The notes under the pieces: generated by a model
Seen by the model: only the letters and a program-made list of their open reading frames with translations
Told to the model about the DNA's origin: nothing
Databases searched by the model: none
Virus record (IMG/VR): IMGVR_UViG_3300025889_000070
Length of the DNA stretch: 64,000 nucleotides
Reading direction: 5' to 3' (one strand)
From: a virus
Lineage: Duplodnaviria; Caudoviricetes
Position numbers and translations under genes: made by a program
Part shown: positions 28,980-37,271 of the stretch, piece after piece
Layout: each line of letters starts with the position of its first letter
Position numbering within the stretch: position 1 is the stretch's first letter

Positions 28980-29041
28980 TAAAATAACAGTGTAACTAAT
29001 TATGTTATTGTTCTGACTAAATATTGTTGAGGAGCAATTCA

Positions 29042-29479
29042 ATGTTAACACCAGACCAAGCAGCACAACAAATCACAGAATTTTTAATGCCGTTTATAGG
29101 CATGTTAGTGATGATTATTATAGCCATGATGATTAAAGACTGGGCTATGAAAGTAGCCAAGGGAATGGCTTTTGCCTTTAACAAAAGTTTTAGCGAAGGT
29201 GATAAAGTTATACTGGATGGAGAACGTGCCCTAATAGTTAAAATAGGCATGACTCAAACAGTGTTTGGAATTACTAAAAAAGGCGGAGAGTGGGATGGTG
29301 ACTATGTTTGGCGATATGTTCCTAATGAAAAAATCAGCGGATTGAAACTAGAAAAGGTTATTTTCGATCCTAGACCTATTCACAATGAACAACATATAGC
29401 AGTTAATAATGAGCTTATTAATAAAAATAGAGAAACTATCGAGGAGTTAAAAAATGGAAGAGCAACCAGTAAAACATAA
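29042..29479 (+). CDS. Short MscS-like mechanosensitive channel protein
   Basis: TM region then FSEGDKVILDGERALIVKIGMTQTVF, matching the MscS beta-domain pattern; GAGGAG RBS. Confidence 0.6.
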   Translation: MLTPDQAAQQITEFLMPFIGMLVMIIIAMMIKDWAMKVAKGMAFAFNKSFSEGDKVILDGERALIVKIGMTQTVFGITKKGGEWDGDYVWRYVPNEKISGLKLEKVIFDPRPIHNEQHIAVNNELINKNRETIEELKNGRATSKT

Positions 29480-29789
29480 GATTGAACTAGAAGTAGATGT
29501 GTCTGCTACTGAAAACATAGTTGAACCAAACAAATATCAGGGTATAATTGATCTGGCAAAAGCAGTAGATAGCTGGAGAATATTTCCTAGAATCTTTATT
29601 ACAACTTACATTTATTTACTCTACAAGGTTGTGATCTGGTTTATGGCACTACCGGATCCGAACATGAACCAAGCAGGACTAGTAAGTGTGGTAGTTGGTG
29701 CTGGAGCAGCCTGGTTTGGTTTGTATACAAATAGTAGCAAAAAGTTTGATACTCCGTCAGCAAGTATGCCCACGGTCGCAAAAAAGTAA
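29454..29789 (+). CDS. Two-TM membrane protein, putative holin
   Basis: WRIFPRIFITTYIYLLYKVVIWF and AGLVSVVVGAGAAWFGLY; charged C-terminus. Confidence 0.5.
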   Translation: MEEQPVKHKIELEVDVSATENIVEPNKYQGIIDLAKAVDSWRIFPRIFITTYIYLLYKVVIWFMALPDPNMNQAGLVSVVVGAGAAWFGLYTNSSKKFDTPSASMPTVAKK

Positions 29790-29795
29790 TAACAG

Positions 29796-29823
29796 TTGAC
29801 AACTAGGTTTTTAGTTGTATAAT
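29796..29823 (+). promoter_or_regulatory. Sigma70-type promoter with internal inverted repeat
   Basis: TTGACA (29796-29801), 16 nt, TATAAT (29818-29823); ACAACTA/TAGTTGT inverted repeat links the boxes. Confidence 0.75.
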
Positions 29824-29830
29824 TATATAT

Positions 29831-30682
29831 ATGAACTACTACGACCTCCTTGGTATAGAGAAAAATGCATCTGCTGATCAGATTAAAAGTGCCTTTAGAA
29901 CAAAAGCAAGGCACACCCATCCTGATGCTGGTGGAGATCCTGAAGATTTTAAAAAACTTAATGAAGCCTACGAAACACTAAAAGATCCTAGCAAAAGAGC
30001 TGAATATGATCATGTTAGTAGCGGTGCTGGTAGAATACATGTTAATATAAACGGCAATCCACACAATATATTCAGTAACATATTTCAAGACATACACAAT
30101 GTTTTTGGTGAAGAAACAGGGCCATTTGCTAGTAATAGAACCTATCATAGACAAAATAAAAATCGCGATTTAAGTATAGAATATACATGCAGGCTAGAAG
30201 ATACATTACAATCTCAGGAAAAACAAGTAAGCGTAAAGCATCTAAGTGGTGAAAGAAAACTTGTCCAGATTAGTATTCCAGTGGGTGCCAAGGACGGACA
30301 AAGAATAAAATATACAGGGTTGGGTGATACAACTATGACGCAGTTGACACCTGGCGATTTGTATGTTACAATAAAGATCGTTAAGAGTAATAAATTTGAA
30401 GTACAGGGAAATCATTTATACACTGACGTAACTATAGATTGTTTTGACGCAATACTTGGATCTACTATACAAATTCAAAATTTGCAGGGAAAAACTTTAA
30501 ACCTTATTATTCCAGCTGGCACACAAACAGGAACTCAGTTTAGTTTAAAACAGCAGGGTTTATATGAGATAAACAATGATAAACTAAGAGGAAATTTGGT
30601 GGCAAAAGTACATGTAAAGATTCCGCAAAATCTTACACCTGACCAGTTAAATATGTTAAGAAGTATCAGAGAGAATAGATGA
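29831..30682 (+). CDS. dnaJ: DnaJ/CbpA-like J-domain co-chaperone without zinc finger
   Basis: NYYDLLG..., HPD motif, R.EYD; DnaJ C-terminal domain GDLYV, IIPAGTQ.G. Confidence 0.92.
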   Translation: MNYYDLLGIEKNASADQIKSAFRTKARHTHPDAGGDPEDFKKLNEAYETLKDPSKRAEYDHVSSGAGRIHVNINGNPHNIFSNIFQDIHNVFGEETGPFASNRTYHRQNKNRDLSIEYTCRLEDTLQSQEKQVSVKHLSGERKLVQISIPVGAKDGQRIKYTGLGDTTMTQLTPGDLYVTIKIVKSNKFEVQGNHLYTDVTIDCFDAILGSTIQIQNLQGKTLNLIIPAGTQTGTQFSLKQQGLYEINNDKLRGNLVAKVHVKIPQNLTPDQLNMLRSIRENR

Positions 30683-32946
30683 AAACTAGTAAAAATTTGG
30701 ACAAATTAATACAAGACGCTAAAAAGATAGCAGCCACCAACAAAAACAGGTATATTACTAGTGAGCACGTCTTATATATTATATTACAAGAAAATGATAT
30801 CAATAAACTCCTGGCGGACTATGGCACAAATCTTAATAGTTTATTACAAGAATTAAATGAATTTATAGACAGTAAACTACCCAAGGACCTAAAAAGCGAT
30901 CAACAACCAGTAAAAACTCATAGTTTGGACCGCATATTTAATAGAGCATATACGCAGGTATTGTTTAGTGGTAGAGAAGAACTTATTATACTTGACATCC
31001 TAATAAGTATGCTCAATGAAAACAATACAATGAGTGGATATTTTTTGTTAAAATATGGACTACAAAAAGACGAGTTTAGTGAGTACGTAACAAAATATTA
31101 TAATAGTAACATAATGGTTAAGGAAGCCAAAAAATACTATGCTAAACTGTTGAATGAATACTGTACAGATTTTACTGAACTTGCAAATCAAGGAAAAATA
31201 GATCCTGCTATTGGTAGAGATACCATACTAGATGATATCTGTCAGACCATGGCAAGACGCAACAAAAGCAACGTGCTCATGGTCGGTGATCCTGGTGTGG
31301 GCAAGACTGCTATTGCTGAAGGATTGGCAATTAAAATAACAAACGACGATGTTCCGGGTTACCTCAAAGAACATAAGGTATATAACCTTGATGTGGGTGT
31401 ACTGCTTGCTGGCACACAGTATAGAGGCCAATTTGAAGAACGTGTCAAGGAAGTAATGGAAGCACTTATTAATGAGGGCAACTGTATCCTGTTTATCGAC
31501 GAAGCACATACCATGAAGGGTGCAGGATCCGGTGGCAATGGCGGCACAGACTTTGCTAACATGTTAAAACCCTATCTGGGCCGTAATAAACTAAAAGTTA
31601 TTGCCAGCACAACCTGGGAAGAATACACAGAAAGTTTTGAAAAAGACCGTGCCCTAATGCGGCGCTTTTATCGCATTACAGTGGATGAGCCTAGTCCAAA
31701 ATTAGCAAAACAGATCCTAAACGGTTCAGTAAAGTACTATGAAGAATTTCACAGTGTGCTAATTGCTCCTGATAGTATCGATAGTGCAGTGGACTTGAGT
31801 GTTAGGTTCATGACAGACAAGAGGCTGCCTGATAAGGCGTTTGATCTTATTGACAGTGCTTGTGCTAGACAGCGACTACTAGAAGTTGAATATCCCAGTA
31901 TTACCAAAGAACTTATTGAACTTGAATGTAGCAAGATTACCGGTATACCCCTGGATCAAATAAGTGACACAGTGAACAAAACAGTAAACTTACGGAAAGT
32001 AGAAACAAAAATTAAAAATCAAGTATACGGGCAAGATGAAACCATAGAAAAAGTAATGGAAAAGGTCTATGTTAGCAAGGCTGGACTTGCTCCCAAAGAT
32101 AAACCAGTGGGTGTATTTTTATTCTTGGGACCCACTGGTACCGGTAAAACAGAACTTGCTAAACAACTTAGTAAGAGGCTTACCATGGAACTGCTACGTT
32201 ACGATATGAGTGAATATCAAGAACGTCACAGTGTAGCGAGGTTTATTGGTGCGCCTCCAGGATATGTGGGATATGATGACAGTAATCTGGGCGGTGGTTT
32301 GCTTATCAGAGACATTGAACGTAATCCAAACAGCGTAATACTTTTTGACGAAATAGAAAAAGCCCATCCTGACGTTACCAATGTTCTCCTACAACTCATG
32401 GATGAAGGCTTTATTACTGCTACCAACGGCAAACGTGTAGATTGCCGCAACACCATTGTTATTATGACCAGTAACCTGGGCGCACAAGAAATGGAGCGTG
32501 AGCCTATAGGTTTTGGTAGAGAGTCACGTGAAGGCGAGGACGACAAGGCTATGAAGGATTTTTTCAGGCCCGAGTTTCGTAATCGTATTGATGCTGTATG
32601 TAAGTTTAATAAACTTGATGAACTTACCAAACGTAAGATTGTTATTAAGTTTGTACAAGAATTTTCAGATCAGTTAACTGAAAAGGGCATAAACCTACAC
32701 ATTGATGAACAAAGTGTAGACTACATTCTCAAGCATGGCTTTGATGAAAAAATGGGAGCCAGGCCAGTTGCCAGAACTGTGGATAAACTGCTCAGAGTTC
32801 CAGTTAGTAAAGAACTGGTGGTTGACCCAGCTATCAAAGGCTGTAAAATTAAAGTAAGGGTCAATAAAAATGGCCTGCTGCTCAAAATAATAAGGAATAA
32901 TAACAATGAGCCTCTATCAATTAAAGAAATTAACGTCAAAGTATAA
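30679..32946 (+). CDS. clpA: ClpA-type AAA+ unfoldase
   Basis: Clp-N domain, GDPGVGKT and GPTGTGKT, FIDEAH, DMSEYQE, GAPPGYVG, GARP; no ClpB M-domain; 755 aa. Confidence 0.93.
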   Translation: MKTSKNLDKLIQDAKKIAATNKNRYITSEHVLYIILQENDINKLLADYGTNLNSLLQELNEFIDSKLPKDLKSDQQPVKTHSLDRIFNRAYTQVLFSGREELIILDILISMLNENNTMSGYFLLKYGLQKDEFSEYVTKYYNSNIMVKEAKKYYAKLLNEYCTDFTELANQGKIDPAIGRDTILDDICQTMARRNKSNVLMVGDPGVGKTAIAEGLAIKITNDDVPGYLKEHKVYNLDVGVLLAGTQYRGQFEERVKEVMEALINEGNCILFIDEAHTMKGAGSGGNGGTDFANMLKPYLGRNKLKVIASTTWEEYTESFEKDRALMRRFYRITVDEPSPKLAKQILNGSVKYYEEFHSVLIAPDSIDSAVDLSVRFMTDKRLPDKAFDLIDSACARQRLLEVEYPSITKELIELECSKITGIPLDQISDTVNKTVNLRKVETKIKNQVYGQDETIEKVMEKVYVSKAGLAPKDKPVGVFLFLGPTGTGKTELAKQLSKRLTMELLRYDMSEYQERHSVARFIGAPPGYVGYDDSNLGGGLLIRDIERNPNSVILFDEIEKAHPDVTNVLLQLMDEGFITATNGKRVDCRNTIVIMTSNLGAQEMEREPIGFGRESREGEDDKAMKDFFRPEFRNRIDAVCKFNKLDELTKRKIVIKFVQEFSDQLTEKGINLHIDEQSVDYILKHGFDEKMGARPVARTVDKLLRVPVSKELVVDPAIKGCKIKVRVNKNGLLLKIIRNNNNEPLSIKEINVKV

Positions 32947-33538
32947 TTTAAAATTTACTAAGAACGATAGAAAATTTTATAAAAAGTATAATTATAAACT
33001 AGGCTATTATATGTTTGGCGAGGGGTTGAGCAGTGAAGAATACCTAGATAAGATAGAGGAACAGCGAGTATATGTTAGTCTGAATAACATGTACTTAAGA
33101 CGTGAACGTAATAGAATAAACGTTTATGCTAGTAGCCTGTCTAGCATTAAAAAATATATTGAAATTAATCCAAACTTTGACTTTGTAGAAATAGGATATT
33201 TTCCTGAAGGCATTCCACACAGTATTAAATTACGCAAGTCTGAACCTGAATACCCCTGGGAAGTTAAACTACGTAGACATGTTAAAAAAGAAACACTTAA
33301 AACATTCTGGGAAACACACCAGAAAACCATGTGGATTAACAGTGACAGTAAGTATGAACTGGATGTAGAAAAACATAAAAGTTATATAAGAAACTGGATA
33401 CCGCCGATACGACCTACAACCTGGGCAGTCACTACATGGCGATTCAATGACCAAGATGTTAAGAACCTGTTTGTATTCACATTCTGTGAATATTTACAAG
33501 AAGAAACCCTGTTTAAAAAAGAGGAAATTCATGAATAA
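32906..33538 (+). CDS. Hypothetical protein
   Basis: 210-aa ORF in operon. Confidence 0.65.
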   Translation: MSLYQLKKLTSKYNLKFTKNDRKFYKKYNYKLGYYMFGEGLSSEEYLDKIEEQRVYVSLNNMYLRRERNRINVYASSLSSIKKYIEINPNFDFVEIGYFPEGIPHSIKLRKSEPEYPWEVKLRRHVKKETLKTFWETHQKTMWINSDSKYELDVEKHKSYIRNWIPPIRPTTWAVTTWRFNDQDVKNLFVFTFCEYLQEETLFKKEEIHE

Positions 33539-33803
33539 TAATCTGTTAAAAACACTGGTAGAGCGTAAACTAGTTACAACTGAAACTGTGGTAAGAGCAA
33601 AAATTCCCACGCAAGGATTTCATAATGCTACGTTTTTGGCTGAAAAAGATGTGCACTGGCACACAGGTATTAGTGCAGAAAATATTTTAAATGTAGAAGG
33701 AATGGATCCTGACAGATTCGCTAAAAGCTATGACATCAAACCTGATGGAACTGTAAAGGTATATAAAAAGCGTGGCAGAAAACCAAAATTAGAAAAGGTA
33801 TAA
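33531..33803 (+). CDS. Hypothetical protein with basic C-terminal KKRGRKPK tail
   Basis: GAGG RBS before MNNNLL. Confidence 0.65.
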   Translation: MNNNLLKTLVERKLVTTETVVRAKIPTQGFHNATFLAEKDVHWHTGISAENILNVEGMDPDRFAKSYDIKPDGTVKVYKKRGRKPKLEKV

Positions 33804-33806
33804 GAT

Positions 33807-34355
33807 ATGTCAGACGAGAACACAGGCAACTTAATGGCAGATAAAGGGATGTATCTAATGATGAGTTCCTTTTCCCCGGAAACTGTTAAACCAATTGTTG
33901 AGTGGATTATAAATGAAAATTTAGAAAAAAAGAAAAAGCCATTTTTAACCCTAATTATTTGTAGTCCAGGTGGAGATGTAAATGCATGTTTTGCTCTTAT
34001 TGATACCATGAAAGGATCCAGCATACCAGTTAAAACAGTTGGTGTTGGCATGATTGCTAGTTGTGGATTACTTACGTTTATCGCCGGAGAAAAGGGCCAC
34101 CGTGTTCTTACACCAAACACAAGTATCCTGTCTCATCAATACAGTTGGGGGTCTCATGGCAAAGAACACGAACTATATGGGGTCGTCAAGGAATTTGAAC
34201 TCACCAGTAAACGTATGGTTAATCACTATAAAAAATGTACTGGGCTCAATGAAAAGCAGATTCGTGAAAAACTACTGCCAGCGACTGATGTATGGCTGGA
34301 TGCACAGGAAGCGAAAAAGTTGGGCATTTGTGACACTATCAAGGAAACTTATTAG
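33807..34355 (+). CDS. clpP: ClpP-type serine protease
   Basis: ICSPGGDV, GMIASCG (Ser), SHQ (His), TDVWLDA.EA...G (Asp). Confidence 0.9.
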   Translation: MSDENTGNLMADKGMYLMMSSFSPETVKPIVEWIINENLEKKKKPFLTLIICSPGGDVNACFALIDTMKGSSIPVKTVGVGMIASCGLLTFIAGEKGHRVLTPNTSILSHQYSWGSHGKEHELYGVVKEFELTSKRMVNHYKKCTGLNEKQIREKLLPATDVWLDAQEAKKLGICDTIKETY

Positions 34356-34384
34356 CATAAATACTGCTAGTAAGGAGTACAAGC

Positions 34385-34549
34385 ATGGCTAAACTCAACG
34401 AAGAAATGGTTGTTATCAAGATTAGTAAACTTCTTAGAGACAGCGAAACACCTGAGTCTATGTTAGATGATGAAATGACTGCCAGTCTAGAAGCAGTAAT
34501 TCAAGAACTAGCAGGACCAGACAAACTAGTAGAATTGATTAAAGAATAA
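34385..34549 (+). CDS. Small hypothetical protein (54 aa), not in the ORF track
   Basis: AAGGAG RBS; MAKLNEEMVVIKISKLLRD...LVELIKE*; late motif 34357-34363. Confidence 0.75.
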   Translation: MAKLNEEMVVIKISKLLRDSETPESMLDDEMTASLEAVIQELAGPDKLVELIKE

Positions 34550-34923
34550 TGTCAGCAACAACCACAGTTACACTATTGCCAACAACAACATTTGGTACTG
34601 CAACAGGCAATTATAATGGCAGTGCCAGTTCCTTTAATAGTGACAAGGTTAAGGGAGACGGTTACTATGGTTTTGCTGATGGTGTTCATACTGTGCAAAC
34701 AAGAATCACAAATCTTGTTGCTACAATAAAAATACAAGGCACACTAGCAACAGATCCAACTAGCAGTGACTGGGTAGATATCAGCAGCGTGGTTACTAGT
34801 GATGGAAGCACCACTGTTACAAACAGTTATTTTACAAACTTCACTGGAAACTATACCTGGATTAGAGTTTCTGTAAGTTCCTTTACGGCCGGAACTATTA
34901 ACAGCATTTACCTAGCTCACTAA
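34549..34923 (+). CDS. Thr/Ser-rich beta-strand protein, probably virion structural
   Basis: Composition; coupled to a late-motif ORF. Confidence 0.6.
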   Translation: MSATTTVTLLPTTTFGTATGNYNGSASSFNSDKVKGDGYYGFADGVHTVQTRITNLVATIKIQGTLATDPTSSDWVDISSVVTSDGSTTVTNSYFTNFTGNYTWIRVSVSSFTAGTINSIYLAH

Positions 34924-34931
34924 GTAATACT

Positions 34932-36143
34932 ATGATCACCTGGTTATTTGATAACCGTAACCAGTATGGCTACTTGCCTAATCTTATAAAAGACATGACA
35001 CTACAGCCCGGCACTGATGCCTGGCATGATTTATGTATAAAGCAGCCCTACAGTTACGAGTTTAGATTTTTAAAATATTGTATACTGGACAAAGTGCCCT
35101 TCAAATGTGCCATGGCCAACAGTGACATCTATGAAGCACCTGCTTATTATCCAGTAAACCTAAACTTCTTTGACACAAACATTGACTATTTTAGTTTAAT
35201 GGCGCCTGACAGTTTAACAAAACTTAAACAGGGAAGATTTAAGTTTTTGTTTTATTACAGCGAAGGTGATGACATTAGTATAAGTGGCATTGATTACACC
35301 CTAGCAAACTTGATGAATAAACATGGAATAAGTCCTGAAAATGTTGTGTTTATTACAGCAAATGCTAAAATAGACGGCAAATATCCCTACTTCTTTTTTC
35401 CTGACGATGAGCTATACTATAGATTACTACATTTAAGACAAAAGGACTGGGTTAAAACAGTGGGCCTAGGTCCTAGACCCTACAAACTAACATATCTAAA
35501 TCGTGCTGATAAAATATGGAGACGTATACTAGCAAGTAGATTATACCATTTAGGTTGTTTAAAAGATGCACAATTTAGTTATTCAAACTACAAATACCAA
35601 ACTAGTAGTATAGAAGAAGATAAAATAGAGAACTATGACGATGGGTATCTAGATAATCTTGAAAACATTTATGACAGTTTTAGTATGCAAATGCCTTTCA
35701 GTTGTGATGAAATGACCATTGATCAACACAACAATCATAAAATAATACACTTACCACACTTTACTGACAGCTATTGGCAGCTCATAGCAGAAACCCACTT
35801 CAGGCAAGATACTATATTCTTGACAGAAAAGACATTTAAATGTATATTAAACTTACAACCTTTTGTTATTGCTGGTAGTCCTTACAGTTTAAAGTTATTA
35901 AAACATCTTGGTTACAAAACTTTCAAAAATGTAATAAAAGAAACATATGATAACATAGATGACTCAGCAAAAAGAATGCATGAAATTTTAAATGTGGTAT
36001 ATAGTTTAAATAACAGACCTGATGCTGATCATCAACAAATAATGGGTATGTTAAAAGAAACTCTAGAGTATAATCAAAAAACATTTCTTGCCCCCAAAGT
36101 AGGAAGATTACAAGGACTTTTACAGAGATTGGATTACAAATGA
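34932..36143 (+). CDS. Hypothetical protein, possible glycosyltransferase-like
   Basis: LIAETHF...FLTEKTFK...QPF; adjacent to a GT-A gene. Confidence 0.55.
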   Translation: MITWLFDNRNQYGYLPNLIKDMTLQPGTDAWHDLCIKQPYSYEFRFLKYCILDKVPFKCAMANSDIYEAPAYYPVNLNFFDTNIDYFSLMAPDSLTKLKQGRFKFLFYYSEGDDISISGIDYTLANLMNKHGISPENVVFITANAKIDGKYPYFFFPDDELYYRLLHLRQKDWVKTVGLGPRPYKLTYLNRADKIWRRILASRLYHLGCLKDAQFSYSNYKYQTSSIEEDKIENYDDGYLDNLENIYDSFSMQMPFSCDEMTIDQHNNHKIIHLPHFTDSYWQLIAETHFRQDTIFLTEKTFKCILNLQPFVIAGSPYSLKLLKHLGYKTFKNVIKETYDNIDDSAKRMHEILNVVYSLNNRPDADHQQIMGMLKETLEYNQKTFLAPKVGRLQGLLQRLDYK

Positions 36144-36811
36144 TACATTTTTGCACACCCTGTTATGGCGGACAAATAAGTGAAGTAACTTTCCAGGGAT
36201 ATTTACGCTGGACTATTTTAGCATGTGATCCTAAGTCTAGAATTCCATTTACAGTTGATACGCTGAGTAACGAAAGTAATATCAATCGAGGCAGAAACAG
36301 TTTAGTAGCAAAGTTTTTAGCTGGGGCTGGTACGCATCTTATGTTTGTTGATGCTGACATTATGTGGTTTCCACAACAAGTTTTAAAACTATTAAGTGCG
36401 GACAAAGACGTTGTAGGTGGCATCTATCCACAAAAAACTATTCCTCCGAAAATGGTTGTAAATACAATAGACAATGGAGGCAAGGAAGGCGACTTACTTG
36501 AAGTAGGTACCATTGGCACTGGATTTCTACTAATTAAACGCACTGTTTTTGAACAAATGATTGAAATGGGTGCTAAAAAATACACTGACGATATCGGACT
36601 AGACGAATTCAACGATTATCAGTATGATTTTTTTAATTGTACAATAGATTCGGAAGGAAGATATTTAACTGAGGACTGGAGTTTTTGTAGGCGCTGGCGG
36701 CAATTAGGCGGCAAGATCTGGGCCGATACTAGTATAGAACTGGGACATGTTGGGTATCACAGATTTATGCCAGACGTACAAAGTTTAAGGAAAGAACATG
36801 GAATCAGTTGA
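36140..36811 (+). CDS. GT-A fold glycosyltransferase
   Basis: RGRN, LMFVDADI (DxD), GGIYP.K, GTGFLLI.R, TEDWSFCRRW, GHVG. Confidence 0.85.
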   Translation: MIHFCTPCYGGQISEVTFQGYLRWTILACDPKSRIPFTVDTLSNESNINRGRNSLVAKFLAGAGTHLMFVDADIMWFPQQVLKLLSADKDVVGGIYPQKTIPPKMVVNTIDNGGKEGDLLEVGTIGTGFLLIKRTVFEQMIEMGAKKYTDDIGLDEFNDYQYDFFNCTIDSEGRYLTEDWSFCRRWRQLGGKIWADTSIELGHVGYHRFMPDVQSLRKEHGIS

Positions 36812-37256
36812 ATTTAAACTAAGTTTATATGGCCATGGATTTGATGATAGATGGCCAAAGTGTAGAGTACTAGTTAACGATACAGAATTTTTCGATGGTG
36901 TTGTTAATGGTGATTTAGACGTAAACTTTACTGTTGATCTAGAAGATGATACTAAAAATAAGCTAATAATCGATTATTATAACAGAGATTTTAAGAAAGA
37001 TGTTGTGCTAGGTTCTGATGGCATGCCAGTCAAATACACTGCTATCTATGTTAATAACTTGGAGGTGGATGGAATAAACCTAGCCCACACACCATATACA
37101 AATTCTTATCAGGAAATATACGAGCCCTGGTATTTAGAACAAAACAGAGATGATTTTCCTAATCCAAGACGCGAAGACATGCAAATAAGCTGGAACGGAC
37201 AATGGATTTTAGAATTTACAAGTCCAATTTATATTTGGTTACTAGAAAACCTATAA
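36798..37256 (+). CDS. Hypothetical protein
   Basis: Coupled 152-aa ORF. Confidence 0.65.
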   Translation: MESVEFKLSLYGHGFDDRWPKCRVLVNDTEFFDGVVNGDLDVNFTVDLEDDTKNKLIIDYYNRDFKKDVVLGSDGMPVKYTAIYVNNLEVDGINLAHTPYTNSYQEIYEPWYLEQNRDDFPNPRREDMQISWNGQWILEFTSPIYIWLLENL

Positions 37257-37271
37257 CAAATAAATACATGT

